Origin: Waterburya sp.
GTDB taxonomy: Bacteria > Cyanobacteriota > Cyanobacteriia > Cyanobacteriales > Xenococcaceae
Reading direction: 5' to 3'
Assembly (NCBI GenBank): GCA_965217895.1
Contig: CBDCJV010000002.1
Coordinates: forward strand, 768,001 to 832,000
DNA: 64,000 bases
Shown one piece after another: positions 39,826-48,641 of the stretch. Within the stretch, counting starts at the first letter, position 1. Every line of letters begins with the position of its first letter. The notes beneath the pieces are model-generated. The model was given only the letters and a program-made list of their open reading frames with translations. It searched no databases and was not told the DNA's origin. The position numbers were made by a program, and so were the translations under genes.

Positions 39826-41997
39826 TTATTTGATAAACAGCATTTCTTGATACTTAGGTAGAGGCCAAAGCTCATCAGCCAATTCTCCTTCTAGAGCATC
39901 TGCACATTCTCTAATTTCATCCATTAGAGGACGAATAGTTTTAGCAAAATACTGCATATGTGCTTCTGTTGAATCAAAGTCTTTTTTATCCAAAGCTGCT
40001 TCCAATTTACTTGTCTGTTCCACTATTTCGTTAGTTAGCTCGCCAGTTTTTTTAGCAATTTTAAGATTGAAATCAAGCCCTAATTCTTTAAATCCAGCGA
40101 TCGCTGCTGATAATTCAGTTACGTATTTTATGGCTGCGGGATAAAACAAGGTTTTCGCCATGTCAACTACTAGCTTGGCTTCAACCTCAATTGAGAGTAT
40201 GTATTGTTCTGCATAGACTTCAAAACGACTTTCTAACTCTTTAGGTGAAAGAACGCCAGTTTTCTCAAATAATTCTTCAATAGATTTGTCTTTGAGATAT
40301 GGCAGGGCATCAGCGGTAGTAGGAAGATTAAGTAAACCACGCTCTTCTACAGCCATTTTATGCCATGCTGCTGAATAGCCATCTCCGCCAAAAACAACTG
40401 CGCCGTGGTCGTCCATAATTTCTTTAATTATGCTGAAGATAGCAGGTTGAAGTTCAGTTCCTGCTGATAACTCGCCTTCAAGCTTGTTGTTGATCCAATC
40501 TAAAGAATCTGCCAAAATTGTATTCATGGCAATTAATGGTCCAGCAACAGACTGGTTAGAACCTACAGCGCGAAATTCAAAACGGTTGCCTGTAAAAGCA
40601 AAAGGAGAGGTTCGATTTCTGTCCCCAGAGTCCTTGGCAAATGTAGGCAGAGTTGGTACGCCAAAATCCATAGTGCCACTTGGCATACATCCTGTTAGCT
40701 CTCCTTTCTGAATTTGATCGTATACATCCTCTAATTGAGTACCGAGATAAACAGAAATAATTGCTGGAGGAGCTTCGTTTGCACCTAATCTGTGATCGTT
40801 GCTGGCAGTAGCTACTACAGCACGCAGCAAAGGACCAAACTTATGTACTCCCCGAATGACCGCGGCGCAGAAGGTCAAAAATTGAATGTTTTCGTGTGGC
40901 TCTTCTCCAGGATCGAGCAGATTGCCCTGGGTTGAGTTTCCAACTGACCAGTTGACGTGCTTACCAGAGCCATTAATGCCCGCAAATGGTTTTTCGTGCA
41001 GTAAGCAGACAAAGCCGTGCTTTTTAGCAGTATTGCGTAAAATGGTCATGGTTAGCTGCTGATGATCCGCAGCAGCATCGGCCGATTCAAAATAAGGTGC
41101 AAGCTCAAACTGACCTGGTGCTACTTCATTGTGTCTAGTTTTGGCAGGGATGCCCAGACAGTACATTCTTCTTTCTACTTCCTGCATAAAGACCTGAACT
41201 CGCTCTGGAATTGCCCCAAAGTAATGATCGTCAAATTGCTGACCTTTGGGTGGAGTTTTGCCAAACAGAGTTCTACCTGTCAACAGTAAATCGGGACGGC
41301 TATTGGCAAAAGCAGCATCAACCAAAAAGTATTCTTGTTCTGCGCCACAGCTAGAGCTAACAGGAGCAACATCACTATAGCCCAACTGTTTGAGAACTTT
41401 TCTAGCAGATTTGTCCATCGCCTCAATCGAGCGCAACAAGGGAATTTTTTTGTCTAGAGCTTCTCCCGTCCAAGAAACAAATACAGTGGGTATACATAAA
41501 GTTACGCCATTGTCGGTTTCCATGACGTATGCTGGGGAGGTAACATCCCAAGCGGTATAGCCTCTAGCTTCAAAAGTTGAGCGAATACCACCGTTAGGAA
41601 AAGAAGAGCCATCGGGTTCGCCTTTAATTAAGGTTTTACCAGAAAACTCAGAAATTACCGTGCCATCACTTTGCACGGAAATAAAACCATCGTGTTTTTC
41701 TGCTGTGGCGTTGGTTAAGGGATAGAATACGTGGGCATAGTAAAGTGCGCCTTTAGACATTGCCCAATCTTTCATCGCTGTTGCTACAACATCAGCTACT
41801 GAAGGATCTAGTTTGACATCAGATTGAATAGTTTTTTTCAAGGATTTGTAAACAGCTTTAGGAAGACAAGCCTGCATCTTAATTAAACTAAAGACATCTT
41901 TTGCCCACATACCTTCGAGGGTTTCAGGAGGCTTGACCGCGATCGCTTCTCTCTCAGTAACTTGATAGACAGCCTGTGTTCTTGGCTCGTATCCCAT
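39826..41997 (-). CDS. glnN: Glutamine synthetase type III
   Basis: [35 protein letters not shown] and [18 protein letters not shown]; 723 aa. Confidence 0.96.
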   Translation of the reverse strand: MGYEPRTQAVYQVTEREAIAVKPPETLEGMWAKDVFSLIKMQACLPKAVYKSLKKTIQSDVKLDPSVADVVATAMKDWAMSKGALYYAHVFYPLTNATAEKHDGFISVQSDGTVISEFSGKTLIKGEPDGSSFPNGGIRSTFEARGYTAWDVTSPAYVMETDNGVTLCIPTVFVSWTGEALDKKIPLLRSIEAMDKSARKVLKQLGYSDVAPVSSSCGAEQEYFLVDAAFANSRPDLLLTGRTLFGKTPPKGQQFDDHYFGAIPERVQVFMQEVERRMYCLGIPAKTRHNEVAPGQFELAPYFESADAAADHQQLTMTILRNTAKKHGFVCLLHEKPFAGINGSGKHVNWSVGNSTQGNLLDPGEEPHENIQFLTFCAAVIRGVHKFGPLLRAVVATASNDHRLGANEAPPAIISVYLGTQLEDVYDQIQKGELTGCMPSGTMDFGVPTLPTFAKDSGDRNRTSPFAFTGNRFEFRAVGSNQSVAGPLIAMNTILADSLDWINNKLEGELSAGTELQPAIFSIIKEIMDDHGAVVFGGDGYSAAWHKMAVEERGLLNLPTTADALPYLKDKSIEELFEKTGVLSPKELESRFEVYAEQYILSIEVEAKLVVDMAKTLFYPAAIKYVTELSAAIAGFKELGLDFNLKIAKKTGELTNEIVEQTSKLEAALDKKDFDSTEAHMQYFAKTIRPLMDEIRECADALEGELADELWPLPKYQEMLFIK

Positions 41998-42032
41998 AAC
42001 ACTTATCCCTTGCTAGATATTTGATTTACAGG

Positions 42033-42075
42033 ATCTTAAATGATTGCTGTTTCTATAAAAAGTATAAATTATAAC
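42033..42075 (-). promoter_or_regulatory. Candidate NtcA-dependent promoter of glnN
   Basis: Minus strand GTT-ATAATTTA-TAC (42075-42062), 23-nt spacer, then TAAGAT. Confidence 0.55.
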
Positions 42076-42201
42076 TTTTGGCAGATGATTCTAGTTAAAT
42101 TTACTTAATTATTGTTACGCAATAAAACCAAAAATGAGTAGTTTTGATGATATTAAAATAATCCTAAATAGAAATATTTATCGAGTCCAAGTATTTTTTG
42201 C

Positions 42202-43431
42202 TCAGTTAATTAACATTGCTTTTACCTTTTCCCCCTTACTGATGAACTTTTGACCAACAGATGCGATCGCCAGACCATTAGTCTGTGCCAAATTAATTAA
42301 GTTACCCGAACTATGGCTGCCACCAGCTAAAGCAAATTCATATTTACCATCTACTAAATGTAGTTGTCCCCAGAGATAGGTTTCTCGTTTGCCAGCAGCT
42401 TTTAAATCGTGGCGGGTAGTAGCATTAACAAACTTCGGTTGATAATTATTTTGTCCTGAGAGTTTTTTGAGTGCAGGTTGGACAAAACGCCAACAGCTAA
42501 CTAATGCCGAGACAGGATTACCTGGAATGCCAAAATAGAGACAGCTATTATCATTAAAGGTAGCTACAGTTAGAGGCTTACCTGGTTTAACCGCTACGCT
42601 GCGGATATGTAGTGTTCCGCCTAATTCTGCCAAAATGCGGTCAACATAATCATAATCGCCAACGGATACGCCTCCAGTGGATAAAACTATATCTGCTGAT
42701 TCTATAGCTTGAGCGATCGCCTTTTTTAAAGCCTCTGGTTGATCGCCTACAATACCTAACTTAATGGGAATCCCACCATTACTTGCCACAAAGCTAGCTA
42801 GGGCATACTGATTAGAATCTACAATTTGTCCTGGTTGCAAAGTTTGTTCGGGAGTTACTAGTTCATCTCCAGTAGATAATATCGCTACGCGGGGATGACG
42901 ATAAACCGATAACTTTGTGCATTGTGCAGTAGCCAATACGGCAATTTCGGGTGCGCCAATTTTAATTCCCGCTGCTAATATTGGTGTCCCTGCCTGATAA
43001 AATGCTCCCTGGTGTCGCACAAACTCTTCAGGTTCGGGTGCAGCTAGGATAGTAACTTTATCCGCTTCTCTTTGGGTATTTTCTTGGATTACAATAGTAT
43101 CAGTTCCTGGAGGCAGCATCGCGCCAGTAAAGATACGAGCAGCCTGTCCTGGCTTGATATCTACTTTAGGGCGATCGCCCGCAGCAATTTCGGTGACGAC
43201 ATTTAAGTGTACAGGATTCTTTTCAGCAGAGGTTTTCACATCTTCATAACGCACTGCATAACCATCCATTGCCGAATTATCCCAGTGAGGAAAGTCTAAT
43301 TTGCCGACAATAGGTTTAGCTATAGTTCTTCCCTGAGCATTTTCCAAAGTAACCGTTTCACTATCATGTTCAGAACTGAGAACCTGAACTAAATCGAGAA
43401 TAATATCTTCAGCTTCTTTAACAGGCAACAT
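42202..43431 (-). CDS. moeA: Molybdopterin molybdenumtransferase
   Basis: SAMDGYA, RIFTGA, STGDEL, TGGVSVGD, KPGKP and PGNPVS motifs; ATG at 43431. Confidence 0.96.
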   Translation of the reverse strand: MLPVKEAEDIILDLVQVLSSEHDSETVTLENAQGRTIAKPIVGKLDFPHWDNSAMDGYAVRYEDVKTSAEKNPVHLNVVTEIAAGDRPKVDIKPGQAARIFTGAMLPPGTDTIVIQENTQREADKVTILAAPEPEEFVRHQGAFYQAGTPILAAGIKIGAPEIAVLATAQCTKLSVYRHPRVAILSTGDELVTPEQTLQPGQIVDSNQYALASFVASNGGIPIKLGIVGDQPEALKKAIAQAIESADIVLSTGGVSVGDYDYVDRILAELGGTLHIRSVAVKPGKPLTVATFNDNSCLYFGIPGNPVSALVSCWRFVQPALKKLSGQNNYQPKFVNATTRHDLKAAGKRETYLWGQLHLVDGKYEFALAGGSHSSGNLINLAQTNGLAIASVGQKFISKGEKVKAMLIN

Positions 43432-43562
43432 AAAACAACAAAGTTTAGAGTCCCAAAGGACTTGTGTGCATGGAGTCGGCAAAACAATACAATTAAAGAG
43501 GAAGTCTTTTGACTGGACATCTGTGAAGCTTCCTCTAGTTTAAACTTAAGCAAATTATAGCA

Positions 43563-43874
43563 ATGAGCAACATACAGATAGAATCAGACCTTAAAGAAAT
43601 CCTTAATAAGTTCGATCAAAAGCTCGATCGCATACAGAAAGACGTTACAGATATAAATCTGAGATTAACTAAGGTAGAAACTAAACTAGACGGCACGGTT
43701 GAAGATATCAAGGAAATTAAAGGCTCACAAAAAGCGCACCGCCGATGGCGAGGTTTCCTCGCCATGTCGCCGGAGCAAGAAGCGCAGATTTGGACATTGA
43801 TTGGCGTTTTAATTACTGCTGTCGGTGGCTTTGTTGTGGCGGTGGGACGTTCTGTGCTTTCATTTAATCCTTAA
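43563..43874 (+). CDS. Small coiled-coil protein with C-terminal TM helix, carrying an apparent 16-aa insertion
   Basis: Heptad region followed by a hydrophobic tail. Confidence 0.75.
   Translation: MSNIQIESDLKEILNKFDQKLDRIQKDVTDINLRLTKVETKLDGTVEDIKEIKGSQKAHRRWRGFLAMSPEQEAQIWTLIGVLITAVGGFVVAVGRSVLSFNP
43732..43786. repeat. 48-bp in-frame palindromic insertion with AAGCGCA direct repeats
   Basis: AAGCGCA at 43732 and 43780; hairpin ATGGCGAGG-TTT-CCTCGCCAT (43745-43765). Confidence 0.75.
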
Positions 43875-43928
43875 ATTTTTTTAAGGCATGGGTAGATTAT
43901 TCTTTATAAAAACAAACTATCTTAAATC

Positions 43929-44474
43929 ATGTATGACGATAACCGACTTTATAAGCCTGATTATAAGAAATATCCCAAAGTTCCCATAGATAGACGAGTA
44001 TGGGCATTTGCGATCGACTTTCTGAGCATTTGGTTTATTAGCTCCTTTTTTGCCTCAAATCTGTATGTTCAGTGGCTGGTATTTCTACCCCTTTGGTTGA
44101 TTATGCGAGTGCTGATCGTGGAAAAAAATAAAGGTCAAAGTTTGGGCAAATGGGCATTTGATATCAAAGTCATCGATCCGCGCTTTAATCGAGTACCCGA
44201 TTTAATGAGCTTACTTAAACGAGAAATAATGGTAGGTGTGTTTGCAGCTTTGGCGATCGCAGGATTACAAAATCTTACGAATGGTTTATCTGTATTGCTT
44301 CTGCTTAGTCCTTTGGCGATAGATTGCTCCATATCTTTACTAGATGAAGAGGCGAACCTAGCTGGGCATGACCGAGTGGCACGGACTTTTATGGTACAAA
44401 CAGAAAGAGGTTTTTCTCTAGACTTAAGACTTAAAAAAATATTTGGTCAAATTCAGCGGAGTATGCGAAAATAG
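43929..44474 (+). CDS. RDD family membrane protein
   Basis: RRVWAFAID, GQSLGK and HDRVA motifs. Confidence 0.88.
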   Translation: MYDDNRLYKPDYKKYPKVPIDRRVWAFAIDFLSIWFISSFFASNLYVQWLVFLPLWLIMRVLIVEKNKGQSLGKWAFDIKVIDPRFNRVPDLMSLLKREIMVGVFAALAIAGLQNLTNGLSVLLLLSPLAIDCSISLLDEEANLAGHDRVARTFMVQTERGFSLDLRLKKIFGQIQRSMRK

Positions 44475-44576
44475 TAAGCTGCGTGTCAATACCGCGATTA
44501 GAGATGCTTTCTGAGCGTCGGTCAGTATGTGAGTAAACATAACAATATATAAATAGATAATCCCTGAGCAAAAATC

Positions 44577-44771
44577 ATGGCAAGCAAGAAAGGCGTTCGG
44601 ATAGTTATTACTTTAGAATGCACTGAGTGTCGCACCAACACCAATAAGCGATCGCCTGGTGTATCTAGATATACCACAACCAAAAACCGTCGCAACACTA
44701 CAGGCAGAATGGAATTGAAAAAATTCTGTACTCATTGCAACACCCACACCGTTCATAAAGAAATTAAGTAA
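44577..44771 (+). CDS. rpmG: 50S ribosomal protein L33
   Basis: ITLECTEC...[10 protein letters not shown]...LKKFC..C..HT.HKE. Confidence 0.97.
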   Translation: MASKKGVRIVITLECTECRTNTNKRSPGVSRYTTTKNRRNTTGRMELKKFCTHCNTHTVHKEIK

Positions 44772-44811
44772 TTTCTTAAACCAAATCAATCGAATAACTT
44801 ATCAAATAATC

Positions 44812-45027
44812 ATGGCATATTATCGTAAACGTCTTTCCCCAATTAAACCTAGCGATCCTATCGATTATAAGGACATAGAATTGCTGCGCAAATTTATCAC
44901 TGAAAGAGGCAAAATTTTGCCCCGTCGGATCACTGGCTTGACTGCACAACAGCAAAGAGATTTAACTGTAGCGGTAAAAAGAGCTAGAGCGATCGCTTTA
45001 TTACCTTTTGTAAATGCAGAAGGTTAA
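44812..45027 (+). CDS. rpsR: 30S ribosomal protein S18
   Basis: [24 protein letters not shown]...KRAR..ALLPF. Confidence 0.98.
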   Translation: MAYYRKRLSPIKPSDPIDYKDIELLRKFITERGKILPRRITGLTAQQQRDLTVAVKRARAIALLPFVNAEG

Positions 45028-45127
45028 ATAACCCTTGTTTTTGCGGTTTAATGGCAATAAAAAATCAGCGAAAAGTAAACTAAAGCAAGTAAAATAAAGC
45101 TTACTGTCGTAATCAAGTACAAAGCTG

Positions 45128-47143
45128 GTGGAACAAGGAAAGCTGATTGAATTCAGAGTGCAAGGAGAACGTCGTCTTGCAGTTGCCGAAAGACCAGAAG
45201 GAAAAAAGGATTGGATCGTAGTTGATGCAGGGGGACAATCTCACAAGATACGTCCCCAAAGAGTTGATTACACCGTCGAAGGAGTTCTTTGTGAACCTGC
45301 GGAGATCCCCAGCTTTTTAGCAGAAGTTGAATCTTATTTAGACCCTGATAGTCTAGAAATAGCCTGGGAAGTATTAGTCGAAGATAGCAGCACCGTTACT
45401 CCACAGCAAATGGCGGAACTGTTGTTTTCCGACCGAAGCCCAGCACCTTGTTATGCTGCTCATTCTCTTTTGAGTCAAGACAAAATATATTTCAAGCAAA
45501 AAGCCGATTGCTACGAACCTAGACCAGAATCTCAGGTTGAAGAGATTAAGCACCAGCTAGAGGTTCAAGCACAAAAAGACCGTCAGAAAGAAGAGTTTGT
45601 TACTCATGTCAAAGAAGCTCTAGAAGGAAAAGAAATTGAATGGAGTGAAAGCGATCGCCTTCGCTTAGAATCGATTGAAAAATTGGCACTTCAAGCTGAC
45701 AATGCCCCTAAATCTGTTCAAGAAATACTCAAAGAAATTGGCAAAAATTATGATGCCCAGGCAGCTTTTCAACTATTAGTGGATATAGGATGGTGGAGTG
45801 AGCATGAAAATTTATTTTTGCGTCGCAGTTCTTATCCGATAAACTTCTCTAGAAAGGTGCTTGATGTGGTGCAGCCTCGTCTTCAATTAGATCCTGCCGA
45901 AGCCGACGACAATCGTTTAGATTTAACTTATCTCAAAGTTTGTACCATTGATGATGAAAGCACCACTGAAATTGATGATGGTCTGAGCATTGAATATTTA
46001 GCTAACGGTACAGCCAAAATTTGGGTTCATATTGCCGACCCGACTCGCTTAGTTGAGCCAGAAGATGAACTAGATTTAGAGGCTCGTCGCCGTAGTACTA
46101 GCCTTTATCTGCCTACAGGTATGGTTTCTATGTTTCCGACGGAGCTAGCAACAGGACCAATGAGCCTGGTAGAAGGACAAGTGTGCTGCGCTCTTAGTTT
46201 TGGCGTAGTGCTTGACGAAACAGGAGGAATTCAAGAGTACGAAATTCATTCAAGTCTAATTAAACCCACTTATCGTCTTACTTACGATGATGTGGATGAG
46301 ATGTTGCAGCTAGGGATACAGAATGAACCCGAAATTCCCGATTTGGCTCAAAAATCCCAACTAAGACGAGAATGGCGCAAATCTCAAGGCTCAATTCAAA
46401 TCAAGATGCCAGAGTCGGTGATTAAAGTCAAAGATAACGAAGAAGTAACCATTGAACTGATTGATAGCTCTCCCTCGCGCCAGCTAGTTGCGGAGATGAT
46501 GATCCTAGCAGGTCAGATTGGCGGGAAATATGGAACAGAACATAACCTGCCATTGCCCTACAGAGGTCAGCCACAGCCCGAATTACCCTCCGAAGAAGAG
46601 CTACTCCAACTTCCTCCAGGCCCAACTCGTTTTTGTGCTTTGCGTAGCTGTATGCCTCGTAGTGAGATGAGTATGTCGCCGATTCGTCACGCTAGTTTGG
46701 GTTTAGATAGCTATGTCCAGGTAACGTCGCCGATCCGTCGTTATACAGATCTTTTGGCGCATTTTCAAATCAAGGCACATCTGCGGGGCGAAGAATTACC
46801 TTTTTCACGGGAAGAATTACAGGAAATTGTCTACAGCGTTAGCAGTTCATCCTATGAAGCAACTCTGGTAGAGCGTCAAACTAACCGCTACTGGGGATTA
46901 GAATACCTGCGACGTAACGCCGAATGCGTCTGGGATGTCTTAGTCTTGCGCTGGCTAAGGGAAGATGAAAACTTAGGTCTGGTTTTAATTGAAGATCTGG
47001 GTATGGAATTGCCCCATCGCTTTGATCGCCCTGTAGCTTTAGGCGATCGCTTAGAAATGCAGGTGACTCGTGCCGATCCTCAACGAGATGAAGTACGATT
47101 TAGAGAAATAACTGAAGCAGAAATTCAGGCAACCTCGTCTTAA
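45128..47143 (+). CDS. rnb: Ribonuclease II/R family exoribonuclease
   Basis: TIDDESTTEIDDGLS and TSPIRRYTDL motifs. Confidence 0.93.
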   Translation: MEQGKLIEFRVQGERRLAVAERPEGKKDWIVVDAGGQSHKIRPQRVDYTVEGVLCEPAEIPSFLAEVESYLDPDSLEIAWEVLVEDSSTVTPQQMAELLFSDRSPAPCYAAHSLLSQDKIYFKQKADCYEPRPESQVEEIKHQLEVQAQKDRQKEEFVTHVKEALEGKEIEWSESDRLRLESIEKLALQADNAPKSVQEILKEIGKNYDAQAAFQLLVDIGWWSEHENLFLRRSSYPINFSRKVLDVVQPRLQLDPAEADDNRLDLTYLKVCTIDDESTTEIDDGLSIEYLANGTAKIWVHIADPTRLVEPEDELDLEARRRSTSLYLPTGMVSMFPTELATGPMSLVEGQVCCALSFGVVLDETGGIQEYEIHSSLIKPTYRLTYDDVDEMLQLGIQNEPEIPDLAQKSQLRREWRKSQGSIQIKMPESVIKVKDNEEVTIELIDSSPSRQLVAEMMILAGQIGGKYGTEHNLPLPYRGQPQPELPSEEELLQLPPGPTRFCALRSCMPRSEMSMSPIRHASLGLDSYVQVTSPIRRYTDLLAHFQIKAHLRGEELPFSREELQEIVYSVSSSSYEATLVERQTNRYWGLEYLRRNAECVWDVLVLRWLREDENLGLVLIEDLGMELPHRFDRPVALGDRLEMQVTRADPQRDEVRFREITEAEIQATSS

Positions 47144-47163
47144 TTTAGGGGCTGACTTAGAGA

Positions 47164-48381
47164 ATGAACATACTTGAAAGCTTGAAGATGGCGACTTCTA
47201 CTCTGGTTGCCAATAAGATGCGCAGTAGTTTGACAATGTTGGGCATTATTATCGGCAACGCTTCGGTAATTGCCATGGTGGGAGTAGGACAAGGAGCAAA
47301 AAATCTAGCTTCAGAACAGTTTGAATCCCTTGGTCCTAATGTTCTGTTTGTTGCACCAGGGTCGTCAGAAGAGAGACGCACTACCTTTAGCCAACCAAAA
47401 ACTCTAGTTTGGGATGATGCGATCGCGATCGCCGATCAAGTACCTAGCGTTAAAGAAGTTGCTCCCCAAATTAGCGCCAATAGCCTAATTACCTATCGTA
47501 ATCGTAACAGCAGCGAACAAGTAATCGGTACTACCCCTGAATACTTGACAGTCAGGAGTTTTGAGGTAGATCGAGGCAGATTCTTTAATGATGAAGATGT
47601 CAAGCGCAATCAGCGAGTAGTGGTTTTAGGTTCAGAAATAGCCCAGAGGTTCTTTGGGCAACAAAATCCTTTAGGTAAAAAGATGAGAGTTAAAAACATT
47701 AACCTGGAGGTAATTGGAGTCTTAGAAGCTAAGGGAGCTTTTTTGGGCAGCAATCAAGATCGCACCGTATATCTTCCCCTAACAACAATGGCGAGTCAAA
47801 TTGTCGGCGATACTTCTCCCTATGGGACTCAGGTAAACGTTATTTCCATTGCTGCTAAAAATGAAGATAGTGTTCGTGCTGCCAAGCTACAAATTGAAAA
47901 TCTCTTGCGGTTGCGCCACAAAATTACTGGTCAAGATGATTTTAGCGTCAATACTCAAAAAGACGTATTACAGATTGTAGATACAATCACCAGTGGTTTA
48001 ACTGTCTTGCTCGCTGCGACTGCCGGTATCTCTTTATTGGTCGGCGGCATTGGCGTAATGAATATTATGCTGGTGGCGGTAACAGAAAGGACAAAAGAAA
48101 TTGGCTTACGTAAAGCGATCGGTGCCAAGGAAGGAGATATTTTGTGGCAGTTTTTGATTGAAGCAACAATTCTTTCGGCAGCAGGAGGTGCGATCGGTAC
48201 TGTAGTTGGTGTCACGGGAATTGTTTTGGTGGGTACATTTTCTCCCCTGGCACCAACTATTTCTCCACTAGCTATTTTACTGGCTGTAGGAGTTTCGGGA
48301 ATAATTGGTCTTTCTTTTGGAGTTTTTCCTGCTAGAGCAGCAGCCAAGCTCGATCCTATAGTTGCTTTAAGAAGTATTTGA
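47164..48381 (+). CDS. ABC transporter permease, MacB/FtsX family
   Basis: RSSLTMLGIIIG, GGIGVMNIML..V.ERTKEIG.RKAIGA and PARAAAKLDP motifs. Confidence 0.93.
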   Translation: MNILESLKMATSTLVANKMRSSLTMLGIIIGNASVIAMVGVGQGAKNLASEQFESLGPNVLFVAPGSSEERRTTFSQPKTLVWDDAIAIADQVPSVKEVAPQISANSLITYRNRNSSEQVIGTTPEYLTVRSFEVDRGRFFNDEDVKRNQRVVVLGSEIAQRFFGQQNPLGKKMRVKNINLEVIGVLEAKGAFLGSNQDRTVYLPLTTMASQIVGDTSPYGTQVNVISIAAKNEDSVRAAKLQIENLLRLRHKITGQDDFSVNTQKDVLQIVDTITSGLTVLLAATAGISLLVGGIGVMNIMLVAVTERTKEIGLRKAIGAKEGDILWQFLIEATILSAAGGAIGTVVGVTGIVLVGTFSPLAPTISPLAILLAVGVSGIIGLSFGVFPARAAAKLDPIVALRSI

Positions 48382-48641
48382 AAAATTTTGGCGTTGCTAA
48401 TATGAAGTATGAAATCAAATAGTAATCTTGTTAATCAGAACTCAGGTTAGATTAAGCATATAGATGTAAAATCGTTTGTTTTTCCTGATACTTTATTGAA
48501 TATGCTACTGTTCGCTCAAATTAATGTTTTTTAAGCCAATGTAATTTAAAATACTATTTCAAGATAGAGTTTTATATTTAAAATCAGGAAAGAGAATTTT
48601 TACTGCTAAAGCAAAGCTGCATTTAGCTAACAAAAGAACCA

